Part shown: positions 49,791-62,439 of the stretch, in pieces
How the letters are laid out: every line of letters begins with the position of its first letter
Numbering within the stretch: position 1 is the first letter of the stretch
Origin: Squalus acanthias
Taxonomy: Eukaryota
NCBI GenBank assembly: GCA_030390025.1
Contig: CM059432.1
Location: 144,524,001-144,588,000, forward strand
Length of the DNA stretch: 64,000 bases
Reading direction: 5' to 3'
Notes under the pieces: generated by a model
What the model was told of the DNA's origin: nothing
Seen by the model: only the letters and a program-made list of their open reading frames with translations
The model's database searches: none
Made by a program: the position numbers and the translations under genes

Positions 49791-52568
49791 TTTTTTTTTT
49801 ATGATTCGTTCATGGGATGTTGGCGTCACTGGCAAGGCCAGCATTTATTGCCCATCCTTAGTCGCCCTTGAGAAGGTGGTGGTGAGCCACCTTCTTCAAC
49901 CGCTGCAGTCCGTGTGGTGAAGGTACTCCCACAGTGCTGTTAGGGGAAGGGAGTTCCAGGATTTTGACCCAGCGACGATGAAGGATCGGCAATATACTTC
50001 CAAGTCAGGATGGTGTGTGACGTGGAGGGGAACTTGGAGGTGGTGGTGTTCCCATGCGCCTGCTGCCCTTGTCCTTCTAGGTGGAAGAGGTCGCAGGTTG
50101 GGGAGATGTTGTTGAAGAAGCCTTGGCGAGTTGATGCAGTGCATCTTGTAAATGGTACACACTGCAGCCACGGTACGCCGGTGGTGGAGGGAGTGAATGT
50201 TTAAGGTGGTGGATGGGGTGCCAATCAAGCGGGCTGCTTTGTCCTGGATGGCGTCGAGCTTCTTGAGTGTTGTTGGAGCTGCACTCATCCAGACAAGTGG
50301 GGAGTATTCCATCACACTCCTTACTTGTGCCTTGTAGATGGGGGAAAGGCTTTGGGGAGTCAGGAAATGAGACACCTACCGCAGAATATCCAGCCTCTGA
50401 CCTGCTCTTGTTGCCACAGTATTTATGTGGCTGGTCCAGTTAAGTTTCTGGTCAATGGTGACCCCCAGGATATTGATGGTGGGGGATTCGGCGATGGTAA
50501 TGCTGTTGAATGTCAAGAGACGGTGGTTAGACACTCGCTTGTTGGAGATAGTCATTACCTGGTACTTCTGTGGCGCGAATGTTACCTGCCACTTATCAGC
50601 CCAAGCCTGAATGTCGTCCTTGTCTTGCTGAATGTGGGCATGGACTGCTTCATTATCTGAGGAGTTGCGAATGGCACTGAACACTGTGCAGTCATCAGCG
50701 AACATCCCCACTTCTGACCTTATAATGGAGGGAAGGTCATTGATGAAGCAGCTGAAGATGGTTGGATCTAGGACACTGCCCTGAGGAACTCCTGCTGCGA
50801 TGTCCTGGGGCTGTGATGATTGACCTCTAACCACCATAACCATCTTCCTTTGTGCTAGATATGACTCCAGCCAGTGGAGAGTTTTCCCCCCAATTCCCAT
50901 TGACTTCAGTTTTACTGGGACTCCTTGATGCCACACTCGGTCAAATGCTGCCTTGATGTCAAGGGCAGTCACTCTCACCTCACCTCTGGAATTCAGCTCC
51001 TTTGTGCATGTTTGGACCAAGGCTGTAACAAGGTCGGGAGCCAAGTGGTCTAGGCGGAACCCAAACTGGGCATCAGTGAGCAGGTTATTGGTGAGTAAGT
51101 GCTGCTTGATAGCACTGTCGATGACACCTTCCATTACTTTGCTGATGATTGAAAATAGACTGATGGGGCGTTAATTGGCTGGATTGGATGTGTCCTGCTT
51201 TTTGTGGACAGGACATACCTGGGCAGTTTTCCACATTGTCGGGTAAATGCCAGTGTTATAGCTGTACTGGAACAGCTTGGCTAGAGGCACGGCTAGTTCT
51301 GGAGCACAAGTCTTCAGCATGACAGCCGGGATGTTGTCGGGGCCCACAGCCTTTGCTGTATCTTGTGCACTCAACCGTTTCTTGATATCACGTGGACTGA
51401 ATCGAATTGGCTGAAGACTGGCTTCTGTGATGGTGGAGACTGCAGGGGGAGGCCGATATAGATCATCCACTCGGCACTTCTGGCTGAAGATGGTTGCAAA
51501 CGCTTCAGCCTTGTCTTTTGCACTCACGTGCTGGGCTCCACCATCATTGAGGATGGGGATATTCATGGAGCCTCCTCCTCCCGTTAGTTGTTTAATGGTC
51601 CACCACCATTCACGACTGGATGTGGCAGGACTGCAGAGCTTTGATCTGATCCGTTGATTGTGGGATCACTTAGCTCTGTCTATAGCATGCTGCTTCCGCT
51701 TTTTTAGCATGCATGTAGTCCTGTGTTCCAGCTTCCCCAGGTTGGCACCGCATTTTTAGATACACCTGGTGCTGCTCCTGGCATGCTCTTCCACACTCCT
51801 TATTTAACCAGGGTTGGTCCCCTGGCTTAATGGTAACGGTAGATTGAGTGATATGCCGGACCATGAGGTTACAGAATGTGGTGGAATACAATTCTGCTGC
51901 TGCTGCTGCTGATGGCCCTCAGCGCCTCATGGATGCCCAGTTTTGAGCTGCTAGATCTTTTCTGAATCTACCCCATTTAGCACGGTGGTAGTGGCACACA
52001 ACACGATGGAGGGTGTCCTCAGAGTGAAGACGGGACTTCGTCTCCACAATGACTGTGCGGTGGTCATTGCTACCAATGCTGTCATGCAGAGATGCATCTG
52101 CGACAGGTAGATTGGTGAGGACGAGGTCAAGTAGGTTTTTCCCTCGTTTTGTTTCTCTCACCACCTGTCACAGGCCCAGACTGGCAGCTATGTCCTTCAG
52201 GACTCGGCCAGCTCAGTCAGTAGCGGCGCTACCGAGCCACTCTTGGTAATGGACATTGAAGTCCCCCATCCAGAGTGCATTCTGTGCCCTTGCTACTCTC
52301 AGTGCTTCTTCCAAGTGGTGTTCAACATGGAGGAGTACTGATTCATCAGCTGAGGGAGGGCGGTAGGTGGTAACCAGCAGGAGGTTTCCTTGCCCATGCT
52401 TCACCTGAAGCCATGAGACTTCATGGGGTTCTGGAGTCAATGTTGAGGACTCCCAGGGCCACTCCTTCCCGACTGCATACTACTGTGCCACCACCCCTGG
52501 TGGGTCTGTCCTGTCGGTGGGACAGGGCATACACAGGGATGGTGATGGAGGAGTTTGGGACATTGGCT
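49791..52568 (-). mobile_element. Decayed APE+RT non-LTR retrotransposon (CR1/Jockey-group-like; clade not certain)
   Basis: [46 protein letters not shown] spread over broken ORFs; A-rich tail. Confidence 0.88.
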
Positions 52569-52570
52569 GA

Positions 52571-52876
52571 AAACAATTGTACACAGGAGCTGCTGTCTTT
52601 CTGTTGCAGTGTCTGTGGGGTCACCCCCAGAAAATAAGGGGCATCCCAAGACAATATTGCAAAAACACCTGAATCAATTGTGTTGCTACTGACGTTTGTA
52701 CATTTTACAGCTAATGGTTTCCAAACAGGTGCATGACATTGGAGTAAACAGTCGCTATTACCTTTATGGTGATTTTACATGTTTCTGCAATACTGACTCG
52801 GGATGCCCCTTATTTTCTGGGGGTGACCCCACAGACACTGCAACAGAAAGACAGCCGCTCCTGTGCACAATTGTTT
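52571..52876. mobile_element. MITE-like foldback element with ~100-bp inverted arms
   Basis: AAACAATTGTACACAGGAG...GGGCATCCC mirrored by GGGATGCCC...CTCCTGTGCACAATTGTTT. Confidence 0.7.
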
Positions 52877-53728
52877 AAAACATATGCCTGCTCCCAGCCG
52901 CCTCTGTTTAGTAGTTTTGAATGATTAAACACAGGCAGAAAGAGTGATGGATAAGTGTATATATCCCGTTCATAACAGTTAGGATGACATGGCAACTCAA
53001 ATCAACACAATTCACCTTTAAGCAGTGTATCCTGTATCCACCTGCACAACCACTGTAACTTCAAATATTACTTTTAGCTTAAAAATTGGTATTTTGTTTA
53101 CTGTAATCATACCTGTGGAATTTTGAGAAGTTTGTTTTGCAATCCGAATGACTTCTTTCATAAAACCTATCTTCGCTGAAATAGTTATGCAACTTTTGCA
53201 ATCTCAGAATAGCCTTTCAATTGATGCCAAAAAGTTGCCATCATTAGCTCCGATTTCAGTGAAACAAGTTGCCCTGAAGGCAAGCAGCTAAATACTTTTT
53301 CAAGTCCTCATATTGGATCGTCACATGCACCAGCATTAAACACTGGCGTTAAGTCAAAGGAATCATCTGCAGTGTAATCAAATACTATTACTGCAAAGCA
53401 CCGGACTGAATTTCAAAGGAAGCTGGTAGAAAACAAATGGGCAGATGTACGGTAAAAGTGTATGGCCATGTGTGATGTACATTTAATGACTTCTTGAAAA
53501 CAAACTTACTCTGACGAGGGAGGAGGCATTGCTGCATCTGGTTCTGGGGAATGTGGTAGGTCAAGTGGAGTAAGTGTCAGTAGGTGAACATTTAGGGAAC
53601 AGTGATCATAGTATCATATGGTTTAGATTAGCTATGGAAAAGGAGAGGGAGCAATCTAGAGTAAAAATGTTTAACTGGGGGAAGGCCAATTTCAGTGGGA
53701 TGAGAACGGTTCTGGCCTGGGTAAACTG

Positions 53729-54467
53729 CACTTTCTGCAATTTAGTATACTGTATTCGCTGCTCACGATGTGGTCTCCTCTACATTGGGGAGACCAAACG
53801 CAGATTGGGTGACCGCTTTGCGGAACACCTCCGTTCAGTCCGTAAGGGGGACCCCGAGCTCCCGGTGGCCTGTCACTTTAATTCTCCGCTCCACTCCCAC
53901 TCTGACCTCACCGTCCTCGGCCTCTTGCATTGTTCCACAGAAGCTCAGCGTAAGCTCGAGGAACAGCACCTCATCTTTCGTTTAGGCACTCTACAGCCCT
54001 CTGGACTCAACATCGAGTTCAACAATTTCAGATCATAACTCCGGCCCCCATCACATATATATATATATTTTTATTTTATTTTTTTATCCACCCTTTTGTT
54101 TGGCCTTTTTTTTCTTCCCTCCCAGAAACTGGCAGCTGTCCTTCATTCCGCCAACGCATTTCACACTTCATCTAGAGCCATCCTTTGTTCCTCAACCTGT
54201 CACATTACCACCTCCTCTTGCCTTGAATATCTCTTAATGTCTCTCAATGTCTCTTAATCTCTCCTGCTTTCTATCCTATCACTGACCTTCCCTTTTGTTC
54301 TTTCATCCCCTCCCCCTTTTCCCAGCCCCTAAACCTGCTTTAACATCTATTTCATTTCCTGCTATTTTCCAGTTCTGACGAAAGGTCTTCGACCTGAATT
54401 GTTAACTCTGTTTCTCTCTCCACGGATGCTGCCTGGCCTGCTGAGTTTTTCCAGCATTTTCTGTTGT
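53729..54467 (+). mobile_element. Penelope-like (Neptune-type) 3' fragment: GIY-YIG endonuclease and 3' region with a degenerate hammerhead (54371-54407)
   Basis: NLVYCIRCSRCGLLYIGETKRRLGDRFAEH...GLN; TSD TAAACTG (53722-53728 / 54468-54474). Confidence 0.92.
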
Positions 54468-55971
54468 TAAACTGGAATCAAAGATTGGCAGGCAAAACTG
54501 TAATGGAACAATGGGCTGCCTTTAAAGAGGAAATAGTTCAGCTACAGTTGAGGTACATTCCCACTGGGGGGAAAGGCAGGGCAACTAAAGGCAGGGCTCC
54601 CTGGATGACGAAAAAAATAGAGAATATGATGAAGCAGGAAAAAAGCGCATATGCCAGATATCAGGTTGCAAATACATCTGAGAAAGGTCAGAGGAGAAGT
54701 GAAAAGGAAAATAAGAGGGACAAAGAGAGGGTATGAGAATAGAATGGCAGCCAACATAAAAGGTAATCCAAAAGTCTTCTATAGGCATATAAATAGCAAA
54801 AGGGTGGTAAGAGGAGTGGTGGGGCTGATTAGGGACCAAAAAGGAGACCTATGCATGGAGGCAGAGAGTATGGCTGAGGTACTAAACGAGTACTTTGCAT
54901 CTGTCTTTACCAAGGAAGAGGATGCTGCCATAGACATAGTAAAGGAGGAGGTAGTGGAGATACTTGATAGGATAAAAATTGATAAAGAGGAGGTATGAGA
55001 AAGGCTGGCTGTACTTAAAGTAGATAAGTCACCAGGAGCAGATGGTATGCATCCTAGGATGCTGAGGGAATTGAGGGAGGAAATTGCAGAGGTACTGGCC
55101 ATAATATTCCAATCCTCCTTAGATACCATTAGGTGCCAGAGGACTGGAGAATTGCAAATGTTACACCATTGTTCAAAAAAGGGTGTAAAGATAAACTCAG
55201 CAACTACAGGCCAGTTAGTTTGACCTCGGTAGTGGGGAAGCTTTTAGAAACAGTAATCGGGGCAAAATTAACGGTCACTTGGACAAGTGTGGATTAATTA
55301 AGGAAAGCCAGCACGGATTAGTTAAAGGCAAATCATGTTTAACTAACTTGATTGAGTTCTTTGATGAGGTAACAAAGAGGGTTGATGAGGGTAATGCAGT
55401 TGACGTAGTGTACATGGATTTCCAAAAGGCGTTCGACATAATAGGCTTGCCAGCAAAGTTGAAGCCCATGGAATAAAAGGGACAGTGGCAGCATGAATAA
55501 GGAATTGGCTAAGTGATAGGAAACAGAGAGTAGTGGTGAACGGTTGTTTTTCGGACTGGAGGAAGGTATACAGTGGTGTTCCCCAGGGGTCGGTTCTATG
55601 ACCACTGCTTTTCTTGATATATATTAATGACTTGGACATGTGTGTACAGGGCACAATTTCAAAATTTGCAGATGACACAAAACTTGGAAGTATAATGAAC
55701 AGTGAGAAGGAGAGTGATAGACTTCAGGAAGACATAGACAGGCTGGTGAAATGGGCGGACATGTGGCAGATGAAATTTAACACAGAAAAGTGTGAAGTGA
55801 TACATTTTGGTAGAAAGAATGAGGAGAGGACATATAAACTAAATGGTACAATCCCAAAGTGGGTGCACGAATAGATAGACCTGGGGGTATGTGTGCACAA
55901 ATCGTTGAAGGTGGCAGGGCAGGTTGAGAAAGCAGTTAAAAAGGTTTACAGGATCCTGGGCTTCATGAATA

Positions 55972-56485
55972 GAACACCACTGTATACCTTCCTCCAGTCC
56001 GAAAAACAACCGTTCACCACTACTCTCTGTTTCCTATCACTTAGCCAATTCCTTATTCATGCTGCCACTGTCCCTTTTATTCCATGGGCTTCAACTTTGC
56101 TGGCAAGCCTATTATGTCGAACGCCTTTTGGAAATCCATGTACACTACGTCAACTGCATTACCCTCATCAACCCTCTTTGTTACCTCATCAAAGAACTCA
56201 ATCAAGTTAGTTAAACATGATTTGCCTTTAACTAATCCGTGCTGGCTTTCCTTAATTAATCCACACTTGTCCAAGTGACCGTTAATTTTGCCCCAATTAC
56301 TGTTTCTAAAAGCTTCCCCACTACCGAGGTCAAACTAACTGGCCTGTAGTTGCTAAGTTTATCTTTACACCCTTTTTTGAACAATGGTGTAACATTTGCA
56401 ATTCTCCAGTCCTCTGGCACCTAATGGTATCTAAGGAGGATTGGAATATTATGGCCAGTACCTCCGCAATTTCCTCCCTCAATTC
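55972..56485 (-). repeat. 514-bp inverted duplicate of 55068-55581
   Basis: Near-identical reverse complement; identical ORFs reported on both strands. Confidence 0.95.
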
Positions 56486-57095
56486 AAAAGTGTGAAAATT
56501 ATGATGAACCTGTATAAAACACTGGTTCGGCCCCAACTGGAGTACTGTGTCCAATTCTGGGCACCACACTTTAGGAAGGATGTGAAGGCCTTAGAGAAGG
56601 TGCAGAAAAGATTTACGAGAATGATTCCAGGAATGAGGGACTTCAGCTACGTTGATAGACTGGAGAAGCTGTGGTTGTTCTCCTTGGAGCAGAAAAGATT
56701 GAGAGGAGACTTGATAGAGGTGTTCAAAATCATGAGGGGTCTGGACAGAGTAGATAGAGAGAAACTGTTCCCATTAGCAGAAGGGTCAAGAACCAGAGGA
56801 CACAGATTTAAGGTGATTGGCAAAAGATCCAAAGGCGACGTAAGAAAAAACATTTTTACGCAGCGAGTGGTTAAGATCTGGAATGCACTGCCTGAAAGGG
56901 TGGTGGAGGCAGACTCAATCACGGCTTTCAAAGGGGAGTTGGATAAGTATCTGAAGGAAAGAAATTTGCAGGGCTACGGGGAAAGGGCGGGGGAGTGGGA
57001 CTAGCTGAAGTGGCACGGGCTCGACGGGCTGAATGGCCTTCTTCAGTGCTATAAACATTCTATGATTTTATGAACTCTACTCGTGTGTTGTGAAA

Positions 57096-57304
57096 AAAAT
57101 GAGAAGTCGCACAACACCAAGTTTTCGTCCAACAGTTTTATTTGAAATCACAAGCTTTCGGAGCGGCTGCTCCTTCGTCAGATCACCTGACGAAGGAGCA
57201 GCGCTCCGAAAGCTCGTGATTTCAAATAAAACTGTTGGACTATAACCTGGTGTTGTGCGACTTCTCACTTTTGTCCACCCCAGTCCAACACCGGCATCTC
57301 CGCA
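57096..57304. mobile_element. Penelope-like pLTR inverted insertion, two hammerhead cores back to back
   Basis: Arms 57100-57181 / 57187-57267; 15-bp duplication TCGTGTGTTGTGAAA (57081-57095 / 57305-57319). Confidence 0.85.
57182..57220 (+). ncRNA. Minimal hammerhead ribozyme motif (family A), CUC cleavage triplet
   Basis: ATCAC-CTGACGA-A-GGAGC-AGC-GCTCC-GAAA-GC-TC-GTGAT. Confidence 0.75.
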
Positions 57305-58933
57305 TCGTGTGTTGTGAAATAATAGGCACAGCAGCTTGCATGTACCTGTAGATCAGCCTGTTTTACTTGTTCTGTTATAGGGGAAACTAAGGGTTTCCAT
57401 TTAAATCTCAAGGTACTCCTCCCAGTAAGAAAAGAAAGAACCTTATCACGGCCTCAGGATGTCCCAAATCCTTAATGGATCACTCTTGGAAGCGCAGTCA
57501 CTGTTGTAATGCAGGCAAATGCAGCAGCCAAATTGTGCACAGCAAGGTCCCACAAACAGCAATAAGCAATTGGTTCAGAAGGAAAAGAGATGAGTATTTG
57601 CTCATTTAAGCCCACTGAAGGTAGGTTGGGAGGTTTTGGGACTAGCATTTTCAATTGAGAGACACATTTCAAGCGGAGAGCTGTGATTGCCGGTATACAG
57701 GGTTCCCATTTCACCGCCCGTCCAGCTACACTCACTATACTTTCCTGGGGGATATACGGGTCGAAATGTGATGGTGGGTCATGTTATATACACGTTGCAG
57801 ATGTTTATTCCAATTACCTGTACTGCACTTATAATATTTTTCAAATACAAGATAATTTACTGTGATTAGCGGTGTGTTCTGAGATTATGTAGTCTTTGTT
57901 TATTATTCAAGTTTGTGACGGAACAGCATAGAAAGCGTTTGACACCCTCATTATTACAGAAATATGTTGAGTATGACAGGGGGAACCTGAACCTTTGCAC
58001 TGCCAAAGCCTGGTTCTGAAAGTACTGTTTCGGGCTGTGCGACCTCTCACCCTTCTTACAAATCCCACTCACTCCACCCTCGTCCCAGCTTCTCGCATCT
58101 CTCTACATAACTGAAGTCCTGCATCCCTGGTACCATTCCAGTAAATCTCATCTGCACCCTAAGGCCTTGACATCCTTCCAAAAGTGCGGTGCCCAGAATT
58201 GGACACATTGCTCCAGCTGGGGGCTAACCAGTGTTTATAAAGGTTGAGCATACCATCCAGAAGATGAGGAATATTAGTGCTGGTGAATGGTAGGTCTTTC
58301 TACTAAAGGCCAGGTACATCACTTCTGCTCCTCCTTCTGCTTGGCCTCAACAATGTCCCTCATTCCAGCCTCAGCAAGAGCAGACCTTATTGCACCAATG
58401 TGCATTTTTCTATTTGTCCTCCCAGTCAGCTTATCAATTCAGTGCCAATTGGTGCTGAATTTGGGTAAGTTTTGTGCAGCGGACACATTGCCTTACCAGC
58501 AACTGCACTAATTCATTTTACTAAGAATTCTCAGAGCGGGAAGGGAGAGCCGATTTTCAGTCCATCAGCTTGGTTGAAGCCCAGACATGAACGACAGTAG
58601 CCATAGCCACACCTAATCCCCCAAACTGGCAACTTAAAGCAGCCCATTGAAACTACAGACAAGATTCACGAGTACAAATCTGCTACAAAGAGCTGCCCAG
58701 TACTAAAGGAACTGTGGCCAAGAACACTCTGATTTAGTAATTACAGGAGCCCTTCTACTCCGAGGCTTTCCTTCCGTCACTCTGCTTCACTGTCATGTAG
58801 CACCTTAGCCAACGCTCTACAAACAACCTTCAGTCCACCAGTCTCTACCAAAATTACATCGAAAAATGTACTAGTAGCCAAACAGAAAACTCCTGCCCAC
58901 TTTAATGATGTGTAAAAATGGTTAAAACTCAAA

Positions 58934-59811
58934 GGGGGAGAAATTCAGTATCGCCCCATTTGGGGCGCAATTATCAGGCCGGGCGCTAATTATCGCCACC
59001 GACTGCAAACTTGACTTTTATCGCCCCTGGAGGTGATTGGAGCGTTAAATCAGGCGCTTCACACCTGTCTTAAGGCGCAAAGGCCAAGGAGCGAGGCGCT
59101 ACCTCAGAGCGCTGGCGAAGCTCATGAGATGTCAGTCAGCAATGGAACACACACACGATGGCGCGGGCCAGTTCTTAAAGGGGAGGGTTGATCTTGCTTT
59201 CCATCCACATCCTGCTCATTGCAGCCTTGAATCTCGGCCTGGAGAGACCTGCACATCAAATCTGCTGGAAAGAACAATGAAGAGTACCAGGGAAAGAGCT
59301 CAGAGTGCAGCCCCCAGTCTCTTCTAAATCGATACAAGGAAGGGCAAATCAAAATGAACCTGCAAAGTGCTGCTCAGTACCCAAAACTCCTTCACACAGC
59401 GTTGAATCTCTCCAGAAGTCTCTCTCTCTCTCTCTCTCTCAGAATGCATGGTTCAAAAATGTCACCAACAATAAAAGGCAGGAAGCGGTCGCCTTTAAAG
59501 AGCGCTCCCCCAGTCCCTTCCTGACAGCAAAACGCTCCTCTCAACCTGTCGTTGCTAGTGGCAGGCAGTAAGGCAGGGGGCGCCACTCAATATCTGGTCC
59601 GGGGCGCTACCGGGGCGTTGCGCACTCGACTGACGTCACGATCTGCCGGCGCAGGAGATCGTGGCGGTAGTGCTTAGCGCCGCCGCTAAATGTCTAGTTA
59701 ATTTTGCGAGCGGCGCAAACACCGGCACGCCCGGGGTGCTAGATGCTTTGCGCCCCATTAGCGCCCTCTTAAGGCGCTAACGGGAGGCGCAACCAACTGA
59801 ATTTTTCCCCC
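58934..59811. mobile_element. Harbinger-type MITE, CpG/GCGC-rich
   Basis: TIRs GGGGGAGAAATTCAGT / ACTGAATTTTTCCCCC; flanks AAA/AGA. Confidence 0.75.
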
Positions 59812-61399
59812 AGACTCTGAACTTAAAAAAAAACACAACTGCAAAACAAGGAGAATTTAGAGGTCCATTAATGGGACCAGAAAAGAGTGCTGTAATGAAT
59901 AGCTCCTGCCCATAAAGATGTCCTTGAATGAAGGAGGTTGTTTTAGAGGGGTGGAGCCACCCCTTTGCTGGTTATAAAGGACCTTGTGAGTGTGGGGAAG
60001 CAGCCCTCCTGCTGAGAGAATGTAATACGACACTTTTGTAACACAGGTTCTGCTTTGCATTTTTTCCTAAGCGTTCTCCGTGTTAAATTCTAGCACAATG
60101 GGAAATCAGGATGTAACATCCCCAATGCGAGGGTTGGTGCGGAGCGGATTATGGATTCGGACAGTAACTCTCTCACATCACATTCAACAACAACACTGTT
60201 GCGGGCTGAGGCTCAGGCAAACATCCTGGGGACCCTTTGTCACTTTTATTGAAAGATCTTTTAATATGAGAATCCAAGGGGTGCACCATATTAAATCTTA
60301 AAGAACATGAAATTCGCCCCATGGGTCAGCTCCTGAGAATGCGTGAATGGTTTAAATAGTTTCATTATGGAGAGCCTGTGCTTTAATAAGTTGACACCTC
60401 CAATTTCAATAAAGAAGATTTAAAAATAAATTACTATCAACCAGCGCATGGGGAACAAAACACATCACATTCCTCCAATTACCACGTGCTATACCATATC
60501 CCAGCAGAGACGAGTGCACAGGTGCCTTATTAAATGATAGATTGGATTTGTTCGAGAAAGACCAAACTCCTGCTGTTTTGACGTGTGTGTGTGGACCTTA
60601 TCAGAAACTAGCTTCAGCAGTACCAGGAAGTGCTATGTTTTATCGGTCTAGTCCAGCAAGTCTGGTGCACTGAAGTCAAGGTCAGCAGCAGGTCACCAAG
60701 CAACAGGTCCTTGCACTACACTGGCACACTCATCTGCTTTAGCCCTTGGCTCGGTCACATCAACTCAGGTGGGAGTTCCCTTATGTCAAGAGGTATCTAC
60801 AATCTGATATCCGGCATTTCCAGGTTTCCACTCACATCCAGAACACCATGTGTAGCTTGCACAATTTGCGGACAAGTTCACAAAGGCTGGACAGAAACAA
60901 CAAACACATGCAGTGGAATCGTATTGTGAAACAGCTCTGGCAGAAACCTCTCTCTGTAATTACAGCAGGTACCCGAGGGCCGAAACTTCAAGGGCCTTCT
61001 GCCGTAGTCCTAGCGTAACTTCAGCGGGAGCCTGTCGGAAGGGATTAGACCGGATCCCGATAACGCTGAGCCTCAGCTTTACACTGGGGGTGGGGCAGAT
61101 CGTCCTCCCTCTCCGAGCAAGGCCCTGTAACAGGAGTTCGCGATTTATCGGTCCTTAGAGGGACTTGCCGCAGGTGCGACTCGGCAACTGGTGCAAGTGG
61201 GGCCCACCGGAGGGTCCAGGCTGGGATCTTGGCCTGGAATCCAAAGAAAAATCTCTCATTTTTAAATCATTTTTAAGTGGGCCTGTTGCAAAGGAAGGAA
61301 CCTACAACCTCTTTCCCGGGGTGGTGGGGGACCCAGCACTACCTCCAACCCCCCGTCCCCCCCACTAAAACTGGCAGTGATGGCCTGATTTTCTAACAC

Positions 61400-61700
61400 A
61401 TAGTAACAGGAAGAGGCTATTCAGCCCCTCGAGCCTGCTCCACCATTCAACTAGATAATGGCTGATCAGGACCTTAACTCCATTTTCCCCACCTTGGCTT
61501 CACATCCTTTGATACCCTTACTTAACAAAAATCTATCCCTCGCACGTGCTTGAAGGCTTCAATTGTCCCCCAGCACCCACAGGGTTTTGGGAGAGAGAGT
61601 TCCAAATTTCTACTACTACTCGTGTGAAAAAGTGCTTCCTGATTTCACTACTGAGAGGCCTACCTCTAATTTTAAGATCATGTCATCTACTCTGGTCACT
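61400..61700 (-). mobile_element. Old CR1 3' fragment
   Basis: Revcomp of CR1 3'UTR (TTCAGCCCCTCGAGCCTGCTC..CCATTCAA) and ORF2 end. Confidence 0.75.
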
Positions 61701-62439
61701 CCCTAGATGTGCCCCTTGTGGCACAGGTGGCCCCACTCGTATGGCAATGAAGGGACCTGCCCTTGACCCCCATCAACTTGGGTGGACTCAGCAGCAGAAA
61801 TCCTGAGCAGTACTTATGCTGGGATGCTGCCCGCATGGATTTTTGGGGTGCCTGTAAAGGATCTCGAGCACCAATATTAATCCCTGAATATGGTGACGTA
61901 GAATGGGTATAAAGGGGATCCCTCCCCGTGAGCCCAGAGAAAATCGATTGCTGGTTGCAGCTTTGCAGGAATCATTAAGAGTAGGCAAGAGGTTGGACCA
62001 GAGAAATGGGTGCATGAATGGGAGAGAAGGGGGAAATTAGCCAAGTATCGAACCACGTCATTCTGATTGACACAGCAGCTGGTGCAGGGCAGCAGAGAGA
62101 GAGCTGGGGACAGGATGAACTGGTTCAGGAAGTGTGCGTGGCACTGGAGGAAGATCAATGGGGTAACTCACTGCAACAGAGAACCCCCGTGTTGTGTTGA
62201 TTTCCATGATATGGCATTAACTCAGACTGAATGCTTTAATGCAGAAAATTATAAATGAGGTATAAATATGATTTAGTTTAGGACAAATGACCCGGAGTAG
62301 GCTGCACTCCTTCCAGCACAGACTCCGCACATCTCCGGCACACCGAGCCCAGCGGGGACCCGGAGTGGCACATCCGGCCCCAGAGTTCAACACATTGACC
62401 CCACCGAGTGATTCCAGTTAACGCAGCACAGTCGAGGCG

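Larger units (their letters stand above)
53500..57073 (+). mobile_element. Decayed CR1 LINE carrying a Penelope insertion and an inverted duplication
   Basis: LGNSDH, YMDFQKAFD, KFADD, LVRPQLEYCVQFW, GYGERAGEWD*. Confidence 0.92.

Noticed and set aside
53574..54038. CR1 endonuclease/GIY-YIG fusion ORF
   Set aside because: Chance in-frame junction at a TSD-flanked Penelope insertion
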